This document shows, one piece after another, positions 44,468 through 55,059 of a stretch of 64,000 nucleotides of DNA. Source of the DNA: a virus (taxonomy: Duplodnaviria > Caudoviricetes). Position numbers and translations under genes: made by a program. How positions within the stretch are numbered: position 1 is the first letter of the stretch; each line of letters opens with the position of its first letter. The notes beneath the pieces were generated by a model, which was not told the origin of the DNA, made no database searches, and worked only from the letters and a program-made list of their open reading frames with translations. Location: positions 2,016 through 66,015 of the IMG/VR virus record IMGVR_UViG_3300049165_000080. The stretch is one strand, 5' to 3'.

Positions 44468-47400
44468 GGGACTCCTTCAGCGTGTACGAGAGATACGGCG
44501 CGGTGCCGTGGACGTCGATCTGGTCGCGGCGAGGCTCCACGAGCATGTCCCCGGCGTCGGCCCGGACAGCCTTCACGATCCATGTCACGTGCAGGCCGGG
44601 GCCGCCGTGGATGGTGAACTGGCCGTCCGTCGGGTAGGTGGCGGACGCGTTCCTGATCCCGTCGACGCAGGTGTTGACGGAGACGGCGCGGCCGGTCTTC
44701 AGGGTGAGCGCCTCGAAGTAGCCCGGCAGCGTCACGACCGCCTTGCCTTGGTTGTCGAGGACGACGTCACCCCAGTACTCGACGCCGGCGTGCGGAGACT
44801 CGGTGCAGGCGTGGACAAGGTAGCGGTCATCGTGGACGGGGTGGTCGATGATGAACGACTTGTAGGGGCTGCCCATGATGTACACGTCGGTGTCATCGAT
44901 GTGAATGCCGTGCAGGCCGCCGCCCGCTGTCCTTCGGTACAGGGACACGCCGCCGACTCCGAGCTCGAAGTAGCCGCCGAGAGCGTTACCGGAGAGGTTG
45001 TTCCAGGCGTCCGCCCTGACGAATCCGGGGTAGACGTGGAGTTCGCTTCTGGCGTTGCTCCAGGTGCTGCTCTGCATCGTCATGCCGATGTAGTCCGTGG
45101 TGGTGTCCACGCTCGCTTCGATCTTCGCGAAGGACGATCCCACGGCGGGCATGAACCTGATGACGGGCTGGCTCGCCCCCGAGGGGTTGAAGACGATGCG
45201 CTTCCCGGTGAAGCCTGTGGACACGGTGCCGACCATGGTGACGTTGCCGGTGGCTGCGTCGATGTCTACGGTCTGCTGGCTGCTGCTGTTGTAGGCGGCG
45301 AACCCGTCCCCGTCGAGCTGGATGCGTGCCCCGGACGCCGCCGACCTCAGCTCGAAAGAGCCGTCGGTGTCCAGATGCACCGTCCGCGTGCCGCCGGAGT
45401 TGTAGAGCTGAAGGCCCGAGGTGTTGGACAAGTCAACGCGCGCGCCCGTGGTTGCGCTGCGCAGCGTGAACGAGCCGGTATTGAGCAGGGAGACGAGTTC
45501 GGTGCCGCCGGAGTTGTAGCCGTGCAGCCCGGTCTGGTTGAGCTCGACCCTCTGCCCCGAACTCGCCGTGCGGATGGACGCGCCCAACAACCAGTTCGCT
45601 GAGATGGTGCCTGCGGTGACCTTGGTGACGGTCAGGTCCGAGATGTGCGCGCTGTCGATGAGCGTCGCGGTCGCGGTCGCCGCCGTGGACGGGTCGGATT
45701 TGTTGCCCGCCTGGTCGACGGCGATGACCTTGACGTAGCGGATCGTCGTCTCGGCGACGTCGACCGTGCCGACAGCCGGGATCAGGCCAGCGATCATGCC
45801 CGCGTTCGCGGCGACCTGGCCCTTCAACGTCGTATCGTCCGGCGTGAAGGAGCCGACGCTGCCAACGTGCACTTCAAGATGGGAGAGGTCCAACTCCAAA
45901 TTGAACGTGCCACCGCTGGCCTTGCCGAGCGTGTGCGTAATTTGGATACCGATCAGCGACCCGGCCACCGTAGGTGGAGCAGGCGTGCTCGGCGGGATCG
46001 TGTCCGGGTTCGCCGTCGCCGTCTCTGTGGCGCTCCACTCGCCCTGATTCCCGGCCAGATCAACAGCGCGGATCTGGAAGTCGTAGTCCACGCCCGGCGA
46101 CAAGTCGAGGATCTGCGCCTGCAAATCGCCCCACGGCGCGAACTCGGTCTGCCACGTCGTAGCAGGTGAGACGCCGTACTTGATCTCATAATGCGAGCCG
46201 TCCAGGATCGTGGATCCGTCGGCGTTGAGGGGCAGCAGCCAGTTCACTAGGATCCGAGCGCGCGAGCCCCCCAAGGCGTCCAAGTAGACGCCCGTCGTAA
46301 ACGGAAGGTCCCAAGACACAGCGCCCGGAATGGTGGTGTCAGGGATCGGGCGCGGCCCCACCGGTTCGGTGCCCGCGTTGGTCAAGCTACGGCTGAGTTC
46401 GCCCACACCGATCGTCGTAGACCCGGACTCCGGCGCGAAGTAGTTGCTGAGGTTGATCCACGAACCGTCCTGATGCCGGTACGCGACCGTCATCTGTCCG
46501 GCGACCGGCCACGACGTCTCAACAACCCGCAGTTTGATCGGATTGATCCGTTGCCCGCGGAACGTCACCTCGCTGCTGGTGTCGTACAGCCCTGCGTCTG
46601 GGTCGTACACCCACACGTAGTCGCCGACCGTGAACGACCCGTCCATCTCGTAGTCGTCCGCCACCAGCCGCAGAGCATTGCGGGTGCCCGTGAACCGGTT
46701 GAGCTGCAGCTGTGCACGCGCCTGGGCGTTGCCGGTGGACGTAGCGGACTCGGAGACGAGCCTCGTGCGCTTCACCGGGTTGCCGCGAATGTCCAAGTAA
46801 GGGTTCGACAGGATGTTCGCCGAGCCGGTGGCGGTGCCTTCTCCCTCACCCTCCGCGAGTAGCACGACGCGGGTCGTCCAGTCCTCGACATCACGCGTCA
46901 GCTGCATGTCCCCAGCCAGACCCGTCAGGGTCAGGTCCTTGCCGGCGCCCTTGCGGACGATGACGCACGTCGGGGTGGTGACAAACAGGTTCGCGGCCGG
47001 GCCGGCGTCGAGGGTGGCGTTGTTGTTGACCCGCCACTCGCAGTTCTTGGTGGAGCAGACATAGTCGATTGCCTTGCGGCGGGACTGCCACTGGTGGCGG
47101 CCCGTGTAGGTGCCCGACGCGCTGTACAGGGTGCCCTCGACAACCGCAGTGCTGCCCGCCAGCAGGGCGCGGATGGCATTCGGGAACGTCTGCGCCGTGA
47201 TCGTGACCGGCGACTCGAACACCTCGCCCTTGTCATCCGAGTCGCCCAGCCAGACGGCCATGCCCTGGCCGCCAATGCGCTTGATGTCGTCGAACTCGCG
47301 CTTGGTCAGCACACCCACGTAGCGGGCCATCGTCAGCAGCGAGTCGCCATACTCGGCAGGGTTCACCCGGCCCGGGACGACAGCCACGTGGCCGAAGTAG

Positions 47401-47486
47401 TCGAGCCTGTCCAGAATCTCGCGAGGTGTCTCCTCATCGAGGGTGACCGACCAGGAGCCGAGCCCCATCAACACTTCGGCGATCAC
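44448..47486 (-). CDS. Central tail protein/spike (Tal-like N-terminus, Fn3 repeats, C-terminal chaperone-like domain)
   Basis: 1012 aa; YDFQIRAVDLAGN and VKVIAVDQAGNKS Fn3 motifs; KSFIIDHP..YLVH C-terminus. Confidence 0.85.
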   Translation of the reverse strand: MIAEVLMGLGSWSVTLDEETPREILDRLDYFGHVAVVPGRVNPAEYGDSLLTMARYVGVLTKREFDDIKRIGGQGMAVWLGDSDDKGEVFESPVTITAQTFPNAIRALLAGSTAVVEGTLYSASGTYTGRHQWQSRRKAIDYVCSTKNCEWRVNNNATLDAGPAANLFVTTPTCVIVRKGAGKDLTLTGLAGDMQLTRDVEDWTTRVVLLAEGEGEGTATGSANILSNPYLDIRGNPVKRTRLVSESATSTGNAQARAQLQLNRFTGTRNALRLVADDYEMDGSFTVGDYVWVYDPDAGLYDTSSEVTFRGQRINPIKLRVVETSWPVAGQMTVAYRHQDGSWINLSNYFAPESGSTTIGVGELSRSLTNAGTEPVGPRPIPDTTIPGAVSWDLPFTTGVYLDALGGSRARILVNWLLPLNADGSTILDGSHYEIKYGVSPATTWQTEFAPWGDLQAQILDLSPGVDYDFQIRAVDLAGNQGEWSATETATANPDTIPPSTPAPPTVAGSLIGIQITHTLGKASGGTFNLELDLSHLEVHVGSVGSFTPDDTTLKGQVAANAGMIAGLIPAVGTVDVAETTIRYVKVIAVDQAGNKSDPSTAATATATLIDSAHISDLTVTKVTAGTISANWLLGASIRTASSGQRVELNQTGLHGYNSGGTELVSLLNTGSFTLRSATTGARVDLSNTSGLQLYNSGGTRTVHLDTDGSFELRSAASGARIQLDGDGFAAYNSSSQQTVDIDAATGNVTMVGTVSTGFTGKRIVFNPSGASQPVIRFMPAVGSSFAKIEASVDTTTDYIGMTMQSSTWSNARSELHVYPGFVRADAWNNLSGNALGGYFELGVGGVSLYRRTAGGGLHGIHIDDTDVYIMGSPYKSFIIDHPVHDDRYLVHACTESPHAGVEYWGDVVLDNQGKAVVTLPGYFEALTLKTGRAVSVNTCVDGIRNASATYPTDGQFTIHGGPGLHVTWIVKAVRADAGDMLVEPRRDQIDVHGTAPYLSYTLKESREQPAA

Positions 47487-48661
47487 CGCTTCACCGCCAT
47501 CGTCACCTCAGGGAGCGCCGCAATGTACTGGTTGCGCAGATCAACGGCCTGATCGCCTGACACTGCGGATCCGCCGCCAGCGACGACGCCGGCGTAGAAG
47601 TCCATCGCCGTCACGGCGGTCTTGGTGATGCCGCCGTTGGCGTGCACATCGAAGTTCCTCGCCGAGCCGATCGTGGCCCGGTTTCCGGCCGAGTCGTTCG
47701 CGGTCGCCACCATGTAGCTGGTGCTGTCCGTCATCGACTCCGCGCCGGCCAGGTAGACGGCCAGCGTCCCGGAGTCGCCCCTCTGAAAGTAGCCCTCGAC
47801 GAACCTGGCGCCGCGCCGCAGCGTCAAGTCCAGGACCGCCCGGCCCACCGTCGATCGGTGCTCTGTCAGCCGCAGGACGCAAGCTTCAGGGTCGTTGCGC
47901 AAGATGGTGGCTGCCTCGAACCGGGCGATCTGAGTGCCGCCGACGTCAACCCACCAAGCTTTCGGCCGCCATCCGCTGTCCGTATAGGAGGCGATCTCCA
48001 GGGTGCCGTCTGACAGGAGCGGGCGTACCCGCACCAGCGAGTTGGACAACTCCCAGTCGTCGGCGTCGACCGCCTGCCCGACACCGACGCGCTCGTAGCC
48101 GACCGACAGGATCCGGGTGCGGCCGTCGAGGTAATCGCCGACGTCGCACCCCCACCGCGGGGACACCCCAGTCGGGATGCCGCGGTAGACGGTGATGATG
48201 CCGTCGCTGCCGTCCCGGGTCATCGTGGACGGGATGGTGGCGCCGGTGTAGTAGGCGTAGTGCGCGGGCGGCGGCGCGTGCCAACGCTCCCCGCTCAGCG
48301 AGAAGTCGTTGGCGCGCACCGCACCCGTGAGCCTGGACTCCAGGTCAACGTCACTGTCGCTGCCGTGACGGGCCAGACTCAGTTTCCACTCCGCGACGAC
48401 CACACCTTCGGCGGCTCGGTCCATGATGTCGCCCGAAGCCGAGGTCACCGTGTAGTAGCCGGAGCGTTCCGGCTTGTCCTCCCATACGACCGGCACGAAC
48501 GCCCCCTGGGAGCTGAGGGCGCTCTCATACCGGTACACCACGTCGGCGCGGGTGAGGGGCGGCATGACCTCCCGGCCGGCGACTTGCAGCACGCCAGCTC
48601 CCGTTTCGCTGACGTTCCATGTTTCGCGGACCGTGTACCGGCCGATGCTCAGGTCGCCCAC
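47483..48661 (-). CDS. Minor (distal) tail protein
   Basis: Directly downstream of the tape measure gene. Confidence 0.75.
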   Translation of the reverse strand: MGDLSIGRYTVRETWNVSETGAGVLQVAGREVMPPLTRADVVYRYESALSSQGAFVPVVWEDKPERSGYYTVTSASGDIMDRAAEGVVVAEWKLSLARHGSDSDVDLESRLTGAVRANDFSLSGERWHAPPPAHYAYYTGATIPSTMTRDGSDGIITVYRGIPTGVSPRWGCDVGDYLDGRTRILSVGYERVGVGQAVDADDWELSNSLVRVRPLLSDGTLEIASYTDSGWRPKAWWVDVGGTQIARFEAATILRNDPEACVLRLTEHRSTVGRAVLDLTLRRGARFVEGYFQRGDSGTLAVYLAGAESMTDSTSYMVATANDSAGNRATIGSARNFDVHANGGITKTAVTAMDFYAGVVAGGGSAVSGDQAVDLRNQYIAALPEVTMAVKR

Positions 48662-51600
48662 ACCGTCTCCCGTTCCAGGTCTCGCAGGCCCTCGCGGACC
48701 TGCTGCAGGAACATCCGCACCGCCTGATCGGGCTTACGGAGGTCGAGGATGAGCCCGTCCACGGGCAACACCAGGTCGCCTGCGACACTGATCCCGCCCG
48801 CCGCAGCCGGCATGCCGGATACGTCCGTGCCGACCGATACGGTGGCCGTGCTGGTGAGACCGGCAACAGCGTCCTCCACCAGGCTTCCCGCCTTGTCGAT
48901 GCCCGCGGCCATGCCCGCGGGGATCTCCTTGCCGATGGCCGCGAAGACCTTCGACGGGGAGGCAATACCGAGGATCGACTTCGCCCACCCGGCCAGACCT
49001 CCGAAAAGGTTCTGCACCTCCCCGACGAGCCAATTCCAAAGCGACACGATGCCGTTCCAAAACCCGAGAACCAGGTCCCGGCCCACGTTGTAGAGCGTGC
49101 TGCCCATGCCGCCGAGCGCGTTGACGATCTGGCCGGGCAGGTCCCGGAACCACTGCAGGACGTTGTTGACTCCGTCGCTGACAGCGCGGGTGATGTTGTT
49201 CCAGGCGTCGGCGACGAAGTTGCGGACGTTGTTCCAGGCGTCGTCCCACCGCCTGGAGATCTGCTCCAGGATGCGGGTAATGATCTCTCGTGCTTGTTCG
49301 ATGTGGTCGGAGATGACGTCGCGGATGCGACCCCAGATCTCGGAGACTTTCTCGCGGACTCCGCCGAGCCACTGACCGAACAGGACGGGCAACTGGGCGA
49401 ACCACTGGATGATCCCCTTGACCCAGTCGACGCCGCGTTGGAACCAATCCCTGATCCCCTGGATGAGGTCGGGGATGATCGAGTTGCCGACGAGCAGGTT
49501 GTAAAGCCACTCGAAGACGTCCGCGATCGCGGTCACGGCGACTTCGATGATCCCGGCCACCCACTCGATCGCCACTGCGAGCTTGTCGACGAGCCACGAG
49601 ATGACGGTCGCGATGATCTCGATCAGCGGCGTCAGCACGCTCACGATCAGGTTGAGCAGGACCTCGATCAGCGGCATGACGGCCATGACGAGCTGCGCGA
49701 AGATCCCGATCAGTGATCCCAGCAAGGGCGCAATCGCTGTGATCAACGGTAGCAGCGGCTCCAGGATCGCCATCACGAGCTGCAGCAGCACGTCGATCAG
49801 CGGCGTCACCGCCTGCAGCAGCTGACCGAACACGTTCGCGACCAGGCTGAGAATCGGCGCTACCGCCTGGATCAGCGTGACCAGGACGGGCAGCACGGCC
49901 TGAATGAGCGGCATCAGCGCCTGGACGACCTGCATCACGATCCCGATCAACGGGGTGAGGATCTTCAAGGCCAGGTCGATGAGGATCGCCGCCACCGGCA
50001 GGAGCGCGGCCAGAAGCTGACCGACGACGCCGGCGACGGCGGCGATGACAGGGGCGAGCGTCTGAATCAACTGCACGAAGATCGGCAGGAATTGGACGAC
50101 GAGCGGCACGATCGCCTGCAGCAGTTGCGCCACGAGCCCGATCAGGGGTGTCAGCGAAGGCAGCAGCCCGACGACCGCTTGCACGATGGACAGGAACGCC
50201 GGGGCGAGCGCCTGCAGCGCCGACACGAGCGCTGTGCCGATCTGCGACACCAACTCAACGATGATCGGCAGGATCGGTGTCAGCGCCTGCGCCAGCGTGG
50301 TGATCGCCTGCACGAGGATGCCGCCGAGTTGGGCGGCGATCTGCGTCGCCAGCGCGATCAACGGCGTGAACACGGGCACCAGTTGGGCGATCGACTTCGC
50401 CAGTTGTACGACGAACGGAGCGACCGCTTGGACCGCCTGCAGCAGGACCTTCCCGATCGTCACAGCCAGCTGGCCGATAGGGCCGAGCAGCGGCGTGATC
50501 GCGGTCAGCAGGCTGGAGATGACCGACAGCAGCGTCGAGCCGATGACGGCCGCGATCTGCACGACGATCGGCAGCAGCGGAGCCAACGCCTGCAGCAGCG
50601 TGCTGAACGCCGTCACCAGCTGGCCGACGATGGGCGCCACGGTCTGGAGCAGCTGCACCATGACCGGCAGGGACGCGGCGACGAGCTGGCCGAGGATCGG
50701 CGCCAGCCCGGCGATCGCCTGCCCGAATTGCGCGATGTACGGGGTGATCGCCTGGACGGCGGCTAGGAGCGCTCCGCCGATGGTCTGCAGCGCTTGCCCA
50801 AGCACCGCGATGAGGGGGGTGACGGCCTGCACGACCACGCTGATGGCTTGCACGAACGCGCCGCCGAGCGCGGTCACGATCTGCGTGATGATCGGGATCA
50901 GCGGCGTGATCGCGGGCAGCAAAGACGCCAGCAGCGTCGTGGCTAGTTGCAGCACCTGGGCGACCAACGGTGCGACCGCAGCCAGGAGTTGCCCGAACGC
51001 GGCCAAGATCGGGCTGATCAGTGGCACTACCGTGGTCAGCGCGGAAACCAGGGCTCCGCCGACCGTTGTCGCCAACTGGACCAGGACCGGCACCAGCGCC
51101 GAGGCGAGCGAGGTCACCAGCTGCAGCACGATCGGGATCAGCGGCACCAGCGAGGCGAGCAACTGTGTAACCGCGCCCGCCACCTGGGCCATGAGCGGCG
51201 ACAGGGTTTGGATCGTGGTCGCGAGTCCGCTCCCGAACGCGGCGACGAGCTGTCCCACGACCGCGACGAGCGGCTGCAGAAGCGGGACCAGCGTCTGGAT
51301 GTGCTGCGCCAGCACGGTGCCGAGCAGCGCCAGCACCTGACCGAGCACGGGCAGCAGCGGAGCTATCGCGGCCACCAGGGAGGAGAAGGCCGAGGCGAGC
51401 GGCTGCAGCGCGGGAGCCAGAGCATTGATGGTCTGCCCGACCGCGCCGACGACCGCCTGAATGCCGGGCAGCAGCGACGCCGCCGCCGCGCCGATCTGCG
51501 CGAACACCGGCGCGACCGTCTGGAACAGGCCGCCGATGGTCTGCCCGAGCGGCAGCAGGGCAGGGCCGAGCGCCTGGACGGCGCCCCCCAGCCCGTTGAT

Positions 51601-52953
51601 GACGGCGACGATCCCCGGTGCGATCGCGGCCAGCGCGGGCACGACCGCCTGAATCGCGCCGGTAAGGACCGGCCCGAAAGCGGTCGCCAGATCGGCGACG
51701 AACGGCGCGAGCGTGCCGATCCCGGAGGCTATGGCCGTGATGACAGGGATGAGCGCCTGTCCGACCTGCGCCAGAGATTGGAAGACCGAAACGAGGACTT
51801 GCTGGCCTTTGGCGGAGTTCACCCAAGCGTTGGCGGCGTCCAGGATCTGGCCGAGCACGCCGAGTACGCCCGTGCCGGCGTCCTCAAGCGCGCCGAAGAC
51901 GCCGCGGACGATCCCCCACAGGTCCGAGAGGATGGATCCGAGCTGCTTGAAGACGGCGAGAGCACCTTCTAGCCAGCCCAGCGCCCGACCCGAGGCTGCC
52001 GCCTCCGACAGGAAACGGCCGAACTGCTCCGCCGACTGGGCGATACCCGGCACAAGCCCGGTAAGGAAACGGCTTCCCACCACCGCCAGATCAAGGAAGC
52101 CGCCCAGGAGCGGCTGAACCGCGCCGGACGCCTGCATGATCTGCTCGCGCAGATCCCGCAGGACGCTGCCGACCTTGCCGATAGTCGTCTCGGCCGTCGC
52201 GAACACGACGAACTTCTGACCCACCAGGCCGAACGCGTCCGCGACGCCTTCCAGCAATGGCCGCAACGGCTGAATGGCCGCAACGAACTGCGTGATGACG
52301 CCAGGCCCGAGCCCGCTGAAGAACGCCTCTTGGACGCCCTGCTGGAACTCCCGTAGCGCCGGGACAGCGTCGCGGAACTCGATCGCGAACGTTTTGGCCG
52401 CAGGCGAAAGATTTTCCAGCGCCTCGTTGAACTTCTCGACGTTGCCGGTCAGCGCGGCGCTGAAGGCGTCCGAGACGCCGGCGGTGGCCAGCTTCAGCGT
52501 GACCATCGCGCCGGCGGCCAGCCCGGCTGCGGCAGGCAGCGCGGCGACGGCTCCCGCAGCCGGGGCGAGAGCGGCAGCCAGGCCGAGCACCTGTGTGGCA
52601 GCAGCGCCGGCGCCGGCCGCAAGCGTGGCGAACGCACCCAGGCCGGCACCCATTTTGGCGATGCCCGCGGTGACCTGACCCAGGCTCGGCAGCAGCGCCG
52701 ACGACACGTCGACGCCGAACCGGCCGACAGCCGATGTGGCGCCGTTCAGGCTGGGGAGTAGCGATTTGGTGAAGTTCTTGCCGAACCTGTCGCCGGCCGG
52801 TCCGCCTTCGGAGGAGATGGAGTCGCCGAGGGACTTGCCCGCATCCTTGCCTGCGTCCCCGAGGGGGCCGTTGAGTTCCTTCTCCAGCGCCCGGCGGAAG
52901 CCTTTGGCGCTGGGAAGGATCGTGACGTACGCGGAACCGACCTCGGCCGCCAT
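48649..52953 (-). CDS. Tape measure protein
   Basis: 1434 aa, EVGSAYVTILPS start, periodic L.P helical repeats, LLVGNSIIPDL, ILGIASPSKVF. Confidence 0.95.
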   Translation of the reverse strand: MAAEVGSAYVTILPSAKGFRRALEKELNGPLGDAGKDAGKSLGDSISSEGGPAGDRFGKNFTKSLLPSLNGATSAVGRFGVDVSSALLPSLGQVTAGIAKMGAGLGAFATLAAGAGAAATQVLGLAAALAPAAGAVAALPAAAGLAAGAMVTLKLATAGVSDAFSAALTGNVEKFNEALENLSPAAKTFAIEFRDAVPALREFQQGVQEAFFSGLGPGVITQFVAAIQPLRPLLEGVADAFGLVGQKFVVFATAETTIGKVGSVLRDLREQIMQASGAVQPLLGGFLDLAVVGSRFLTGLVPGIAQSAEQFGRFLSEAAASGRALGWLEGALAVFKQLGSILSDLWGIVRGVFGALEDAGTGVLGVLGQILDAANAWVNSAKGQQVLVSVFQSLAQVGQALIPVITAIASGIGTLAPFVADLATAFGPVLTGAIQAVVPALAAIAPGIVAVINGLGGAVQALGPALLPLGQTIGGLFQTVAPVFAQIGAAAASLLPGIQAVVGAVGQTINALAPALQPLASAFSSLVAAIAPLLPVLGQVLALLGTVLAQHIQTLVPLLQPLVAVVGQLVAAFGSGLATTIQTLSPLMAQVAGAVTQLLASLVPLIPIVLQLVTSLASALVPVLVQLATTVGGALVSALTTVVPLISPILAAFGQLLAAVAPLVAQVLQLATTLLASLLPAITPLIPIITQIVTALGGAFVQAISVVVQAVTPLIAVLGQALQTIGGALLAAVQAITPYIAQFGQAIAGLAPILGQLVAASLPVMVQLLQTVAPIVGQLVTAFSTLLQALAPLLPIVVQIAAVIGSTLLSVISSLLTAITPLLGPIGQLAVTIGKVLLQAVQAVAPFVVQLAKSIAQLVPVFTPLIALATQIAAQLGGILVQAITTLAQALTPILPIIVELVSQIGTALVSALQALAPAFLSIVQAVVGLLPSLTPLIGLVAQLLQAIVPLVVQFLPIFVQLIQTLAPVIAAVAGVVGQLLAALLPVAAILIDLALKILTPLIGIVMQVVQALMPLIQAVLPVLVTLIQAVAPILSLVANVFGQLLQAVTPLIDVLLQLVMAILEPLLPLITAIAPLLGSLIGIFAQLVMAVMPLIEVLLNLIVSVLTPLIEIIATVISWLVDKLAVAIEWVAGIIEVAVTAIADVFEWLYNLLVGNSIIPDLIQGIRDWFQRGVDWVKGIIQWFAQLPVLFGQWLGGVREKVSEIWGRIRDVISDHIEQAREIITRILEQISRRWDDAWNNVRNFVADAWNNITRAVSDGVNNVLQWFRDLPGQIVNALGGMGSTLYNVGRDLVLGFWNGIVSLWNWLVGEVQNLFGGLAGWAKSILGIASPSKVFAAIGKEIPAGMAAGIDKAGSLVEDAVAGLTSTATVSVGTDVSGMPAAAGGISVAGDLVLPVDGLILDLRKPDQAVRMFLQQVREGLRDLERETVWAT

Positions 52954-52977
52954 GCCTCACCCCCGAGCGTGGTTGAG

Positions 52978-53696
52978 TCAGGCGGATTGCGGTCGGAACC
53001 GGTCCAGATAGGCGATGACCTCGGCCGGGTCACGGTCAGTACGGCCGTGCCGGAGTGGCGCGGAAGCCTTCTTCACGCCAGGACGCGGAAGAGGCTTCGG
53101 CTTGGCGCCCTTGCCGTTGCCGCGCTGGTAGTTGCCCTGCCGTAGCACGTCGATGGCCATCGCGAGGAGCTGCTCATTCAGGCCCCACGCAACGTCATCG
53201 CCGAGCAGCGCGCGGGCCAGGGCGGACTCGCGCGGCATGTGCGACAGGTAGCTACGTAGTTCCCGCCACGTCAGAGAGCCGTTGAACAGGTCACGCAGGC
53301 TGAGGTGGTGGTAGTGGGACAGGTCCCACTCGATCGCCTCCCCGTGCTTTTCTAGGAGCGCGTGGAGGCCTGAGATTCCCCCGGCTGCAGGCCGGAGTGC
53401 TCAGTCCACGCCTGGAAGAGCGCGTTGAGGGAGCGCAGCTTCATCGGCTGGGTGTTGAACTCGTCGTAGTCGTCACCCAGCCCGGACCGGAACGCCTCCT
53501 GCATGGCAGCGACGTCTCCCTGGTCTGCGGCGTTGAGCAGGCTCCGGTCGATGTCTTGCAGGTGGGGCAGGCTGTAGGTGCGGCCACCGAAGACGAACTC
53601 GAACCGTTCGCCCGCCGCTTCGGCTTCGACGGCGTCCAGGTCGAACGCCTTGGCGGACTTCACCTGCTTGACGTTGCGGGGACTTCTTGCGGTCAT
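52978..53696 (-). CDS. Tail assembly chaperone pair (gpG/gpGT) with -1 programmed frameshift
   Basis: The short form ends at 53352; slippery G GGG GAA at 53382-53376; the -1 frame reads GISGLHALLEKHGEAIEWDL... without a stop into the 52978-53238 ORF. Confidence 0.88.
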
Positions 53697-53782
53697 GCGC
53701 GGGTCCTTTCATGCGGCGCGCGGGTGCATGGGTGATACCGGGGTGGGTGCGGACCCGCGCGATTCGCGCCCACCCCGGGGTC

Positions 53783-54334
53783 TCAGGAGTACGACCAGTA
53801 GGCGTCGTCGCTGAATTTGGTCAGCACGACGTCGTTGACCGGGTAGCAGGTGACCGTCACGTTGTAGGAGATCGTCTCGTCGTTGACGTAGGTGATCTCG
53901 CCGCGCTCGGTGACTTCGCCGTCGGGCACGTAGATGCGCAGGTGGGTGGAGCCGTCGAGGACATCGAGGATGAACTTCTTGCGGACCACATTCGGCGACT
54001 TCACATCGATCTTGTAGCCGTCGGTGATCTCCTCCATCGTGGAACCCTTGTGGAAGAGCTCCAGCGTGGACGCCTTCGACTCGATCATCGTGAACGACAG
54101 GCTCGCCTTGCTGGACGAGATCAGGGTGCGGACGATCGCGCCGCCCTGCCACGCCTGGATGTCCTGGACGTCCTCGTCATACGCCTCGGTAACGCCGTCC
54201 TCGGAGATGTATCCAAGATCGTTGTACGTGGCCGGGACAGACGAGATGGCCGATGTCGGGGCGGTCGCGGAGGTCGGGCCAGCGTAAACCGCGCCAGTGA
54301 CGGCAACGCGCACCTTCTGTGCGTCAAGCGTCAT
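53783..54334 (-). CDS. Major tail tube protein
   Basis: LGYISEDGVTE...IQAWQGG..VR; YNVTVTCYP. Confidence 0.9.
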   Translation of the reverse strand: MTLDAQKVRVAVTGAVYAGPTSATAPTSAISSVPATYNDLGYISEDGVTEAYDEDVQDIQAWQGGAIVRTLISSSKASLSFTMIESKASTLELFHKGSTMEEITDGYKIDVKSPNVVRKKFILDVLDGSTHLRIYVPDGEVTERGEITYVNDETISYNVTVTCYPVNDVVLTKFSDDAYWSYS

Positions 54335-54405
54335 CGTGTTAACCCTTCGGTGAGCAGCAGAAAGCACCGGCGCGGGGCGGCCGGATAGGGGATGGGTGCG
54401 CGGGT

Positions 54406-54777
54406 CTAGCTCGTGCGCAGGCTGAGCTGCACGGTCATCCACATGCGCGACGACCCGGACTCCAGGTCATCGCGGCGAGTCGGGCCGAGGAACTCCTCCA
54501 CCCGGTAGCAGGCCGCCCCGAGCAGGGTCGTGCCCTGCAAGGCGTGGACAGCGGACCTGGCGGTCATGCACAGATCGTGAACGGCCCCGTCGTCGGCTCC
54601 CCACGCGATCAGGTCGACGCGGGGCCGGTCCCGGACCACGTCATCGGGTCCGCCGACGCGCCGCACCTGCAGCCACAGCGGCGGCCGGGTGCGGGGCACC
54701 CGCGTGTGCGCAGGAACGTCGAGGAGCGGTTCGAGGTAGTCCTTCAAGAGCTTTTCGACGTCGGGATAGGAGGTCAC
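54406..54777 (-). CDS. Tail terminator protein
   Basis: YPDVE, QVRRVGG, position in the neck cluster. Confidence 0.8.
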   Translation of the reverse strand: MTSYPDVEKLLKDYLEPLLDVPAHTRVPRTRPPLWLQVRRVGGPDDVVRDRPRVDLIAWGADDGAVHDLCMTARSAVHALQGTTLLGAACYRVEEFLGPTRRDDLESGSSRMWMTVQLSLRTS

Positions 54778-54782
54778 GGCGG

Positions 54783-55058
54783 CTACCCGGCGGCGTCGAT
54801 GGAAGAGCCGAGAATGCGGTACTCCTCCTCCTGGCCGAGCGCTCCCGGATGGTCGGCGATCACCAGCGCGCGAGCACGGTTGGAGCCGACTGAGGATTCG
54901 GCGTAGTAGTCGACTTCGCCTTCGTGCGGCGGCACCGCCCGGGATTCGGCAGCCGCCACGACCCGGTCCGCCCGCCTCATCAGGTCCCGCTGCACTTCTT
55001 TGGAACGCAGCATCTCCCGCACGCCGGCCCGGTTGAGGACCACACGGACGTTCGGCAT
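54783..55058 (-). CDS. HK97 gp10-like neck protein
   Basis: LNRAGVREMLRS...RARA. Confidence 0.75.
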   Translation of the reverse strand: MPNVRVVLNRAGVREMLRSKEVQRDLMRRADRVVAAAESRAVPPHEGEVDYYAESSVGSNRARALVIADHPGALGQEEEYRILGSSIDAAG

Positions 55059-55059
55059 G

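Noticed and set aside
44448-47486. Diversity-generating retroelement target
   Set aside because: No reverse transcriptase and no template/variable repeat pair was seen anywhere in the window.
48649-52953. Novel repeat protein
   Set aside because: The periodic helical repeats are ordinary tape-measure structure.
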